DNA of 64,000 nt, taken from the NCBI GenBank assembly GCA_977017645.1, contig OZ360232.1, forward strand, positions 28,458,001-28,522,000, read 5' to 3'. The translations under genes were made by a program, and so were the position numbers. The notes under the pieces were generated by a model that was not told the origin of the DNA, did no database searches, and was given only the letters and a program-made list of their open reading frames with translations. This document shows, piece by piece, positions 62,202 through 64,000 of the stretch (within the stretch, counting starts at the first letter, position 1; every line of letters starts with the position of its first letter). Origin of the DNA: Torpedo marmorata (taxonomy: Eukaryota).

Positions 62202-63794
62202 TTCAATTTATATATAAATTCTTCTGGTACCTTTTCTCCTATTTCTCCAAGCTCTATTCCAACCCATGCAGGTCTTCCTTCACTTTCAAAAAAAGAAGAA
62301 ACAAATCTCATTTGTGCCGCTCGATAATAATTTTTAAAATTAGGGAGTTGTAAACCTCCCAATTCGTATTTCCATGTTAAACGTTCCATAGAAACTCTTG
62401 ACATTTTACCTTTCCAAAGAAATTTTCGCACTTGTTTATTTAAATCCTGAAAAAAAACCTGTGGTAATAAAATAGGTGTAGTTTGATACAAATATATAAA
62501 TGGAATTCAAAATTATTGACAGGTATTAAAGAACCACCGTTATTAAAACATTTGATTAATGCTTGGAACAAGATTAATGATGAGATAGGGATGAAAGGAA
62601 TTATATCACCTAAAACGTCTTTGATACAGAATAATCTCATACCTTTTACAAAAGATCATCAATTTTTAAACATATGGTCACAGAAAGGAATAAAGAAGAT
62701 AGAAGATTGTTATGAAGGGAACCAAATGATGTCATTTACACAATTACGAAACAAATTTGGAATACCCAATAATACTCTTTTTTGTTATTTTCAATTAAGA
62801 GGTTATTTAAGGGAGAAACTAGGTCCGGATATGTTGTTACAAGATTGTAGTGAGGTAGAAACCCTTATTAGGAAAGGAAATATTTAAAAAATTACTTCTA
62901 TGATGTATTCTTTGTTACAAAGGGGAGTTTTAAAACAAGGACTTCATAAATCTAGACAAAGATGGGAGCAAGATCTTAATGTTATAATTGATGAAAAAAG
63001 GTGGTCGGATTTATGTCAGGATAGTATGACCAATACTATTAATGTAAGATATAGATTAGTACAGTATAATTTTTTACGTCAACTATATCTTACACCACAG
63101 AAATTGAATAAGATAAAATCTACATGATCAAATAAGTGTTTTAGATATGGTGAAGAGGAGGGAACCTTTCTACATTCAACATGGTTATGCCCTAAAATAA
63201 AATGTTTTTGGATAGAGTTAGGGAACCGGTTAAAACAAATTACAGGTGTTACATTTCCACAGAAACCTGATTTATTTTTATTAGGGAATGTGGAAGGAAC
63301 TAGACCAAAGTTGAAGTTATCTACATATCAATTGAAATTTGTAAAAATTGCTTTAGCAGGAGCAAGGAAGTGTATAGCAGTAACTTGGAAATCAGATACA
63401 AATTTAGGCATGGATAGATGGAATATAGAGTTGTATTCCATTGGAAAAAATAACATATAACATGAGAAACAAATATGGGATATTTTTGCAAATTTGGCGT
63501 CCATATATCCAATCATTAGGTATGAATATTTAAATGTGTTGCTCTACATCCTAGACCCTGTTGACTCTCTCAAATTTTCTGTTCTTTTCTTTTAGTTTTT
63601 AGTAAGGGGAGGGAATTAAAGAGAGGGGAAGGGTGGAGGGTGGGGTTGCAGTATTATAGAGGGTGGGTTAAGGGATAGATTAGATACACTGTAATACAAA
63701 CTATGTTTTTTATTTACTGGAATTAATAATGTATATTACGTATGTTGTACTACTGTGAGAAAATTCAAAATTTAAAATAAAATATTTTTAAAAA
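62202..63794 (+). mobile_element. L1 with 5' inversion (inverted 62202-62490; sense 62490-63794)
   Basis: 15-bp TSD AGAGAGCATATGGAC (62187-62201, 63795-63809); inverted part ends ..EFIYK and sense part starts IYKWNSK. Confidence 0.92.
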
Positions 63795-63957
63795 AGAGAG
63801 CATATGGACATTGGACCTATCCCACCAGTGGATTTGGAGGATTTATGGAGATACCATTCGTGGTGCTTCTCCAGTGTGTTGAAGTGACTTCTGTCAGTTG
63901 TCAATATTTTGAAAGCATACTGGAGGGCAAGAGAACTGCTGCAGAGCCTGGTTCCAT

Positions 63958-64000
63958 GACTGAAGTAAAAACACAATGCTGGAGAAACTCAGCAGGTCAG
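63958..64000 (-). mobile_element. Penelope terminal-repeat fragment running off the window
   Basis: GAAGTAAAAACACAATGCTGGAGAAACTCAGCAGGTCA matches 38680-38716. Confidence 0.7.

Overview
Repeat-dense vertebrate genomic DNA, most likely a cartilaginous fish (inferred from HE1/V-SINE-like SINEs plus abundant CR1, Rex1-like, L1 and Penelope elements). Almost every ORF in the supplied track is a decayed transposon fragment or an antisense shadow of one. The only host gene I recognise is the first coding exon of ALG8 (34454-34536, + strand), which the ORF track misses. The most striking structure is a minus-strand Gypsy LTR element (about 4341-16531) in which RT, RNase H and integrase are absent. 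Just upstream of its PPT/3' LTR it carries an intronless, in-frame chimera of two host mRNAs: a liprin-alpha (PPFIA) coiled coil fused to a TPR coiled coil. Nested inside it is a 5'-inverted L1 that holds, at the inversion junction, a 1.47-kb copy of a head-to-head LTR pair also present about 10 kb away. Two further twin-primed L1s, a gag-only Gypsy, a TRIM-like element, a BEL/Pao element, solo LTRs, MITEs and Penelope termini with hammerhead-ribozyme-like cores are also visible. Family and gene names come from motif recognition by eye, not database searches, and boundaries not anchored by a TSD or TG..CA end are approximate.
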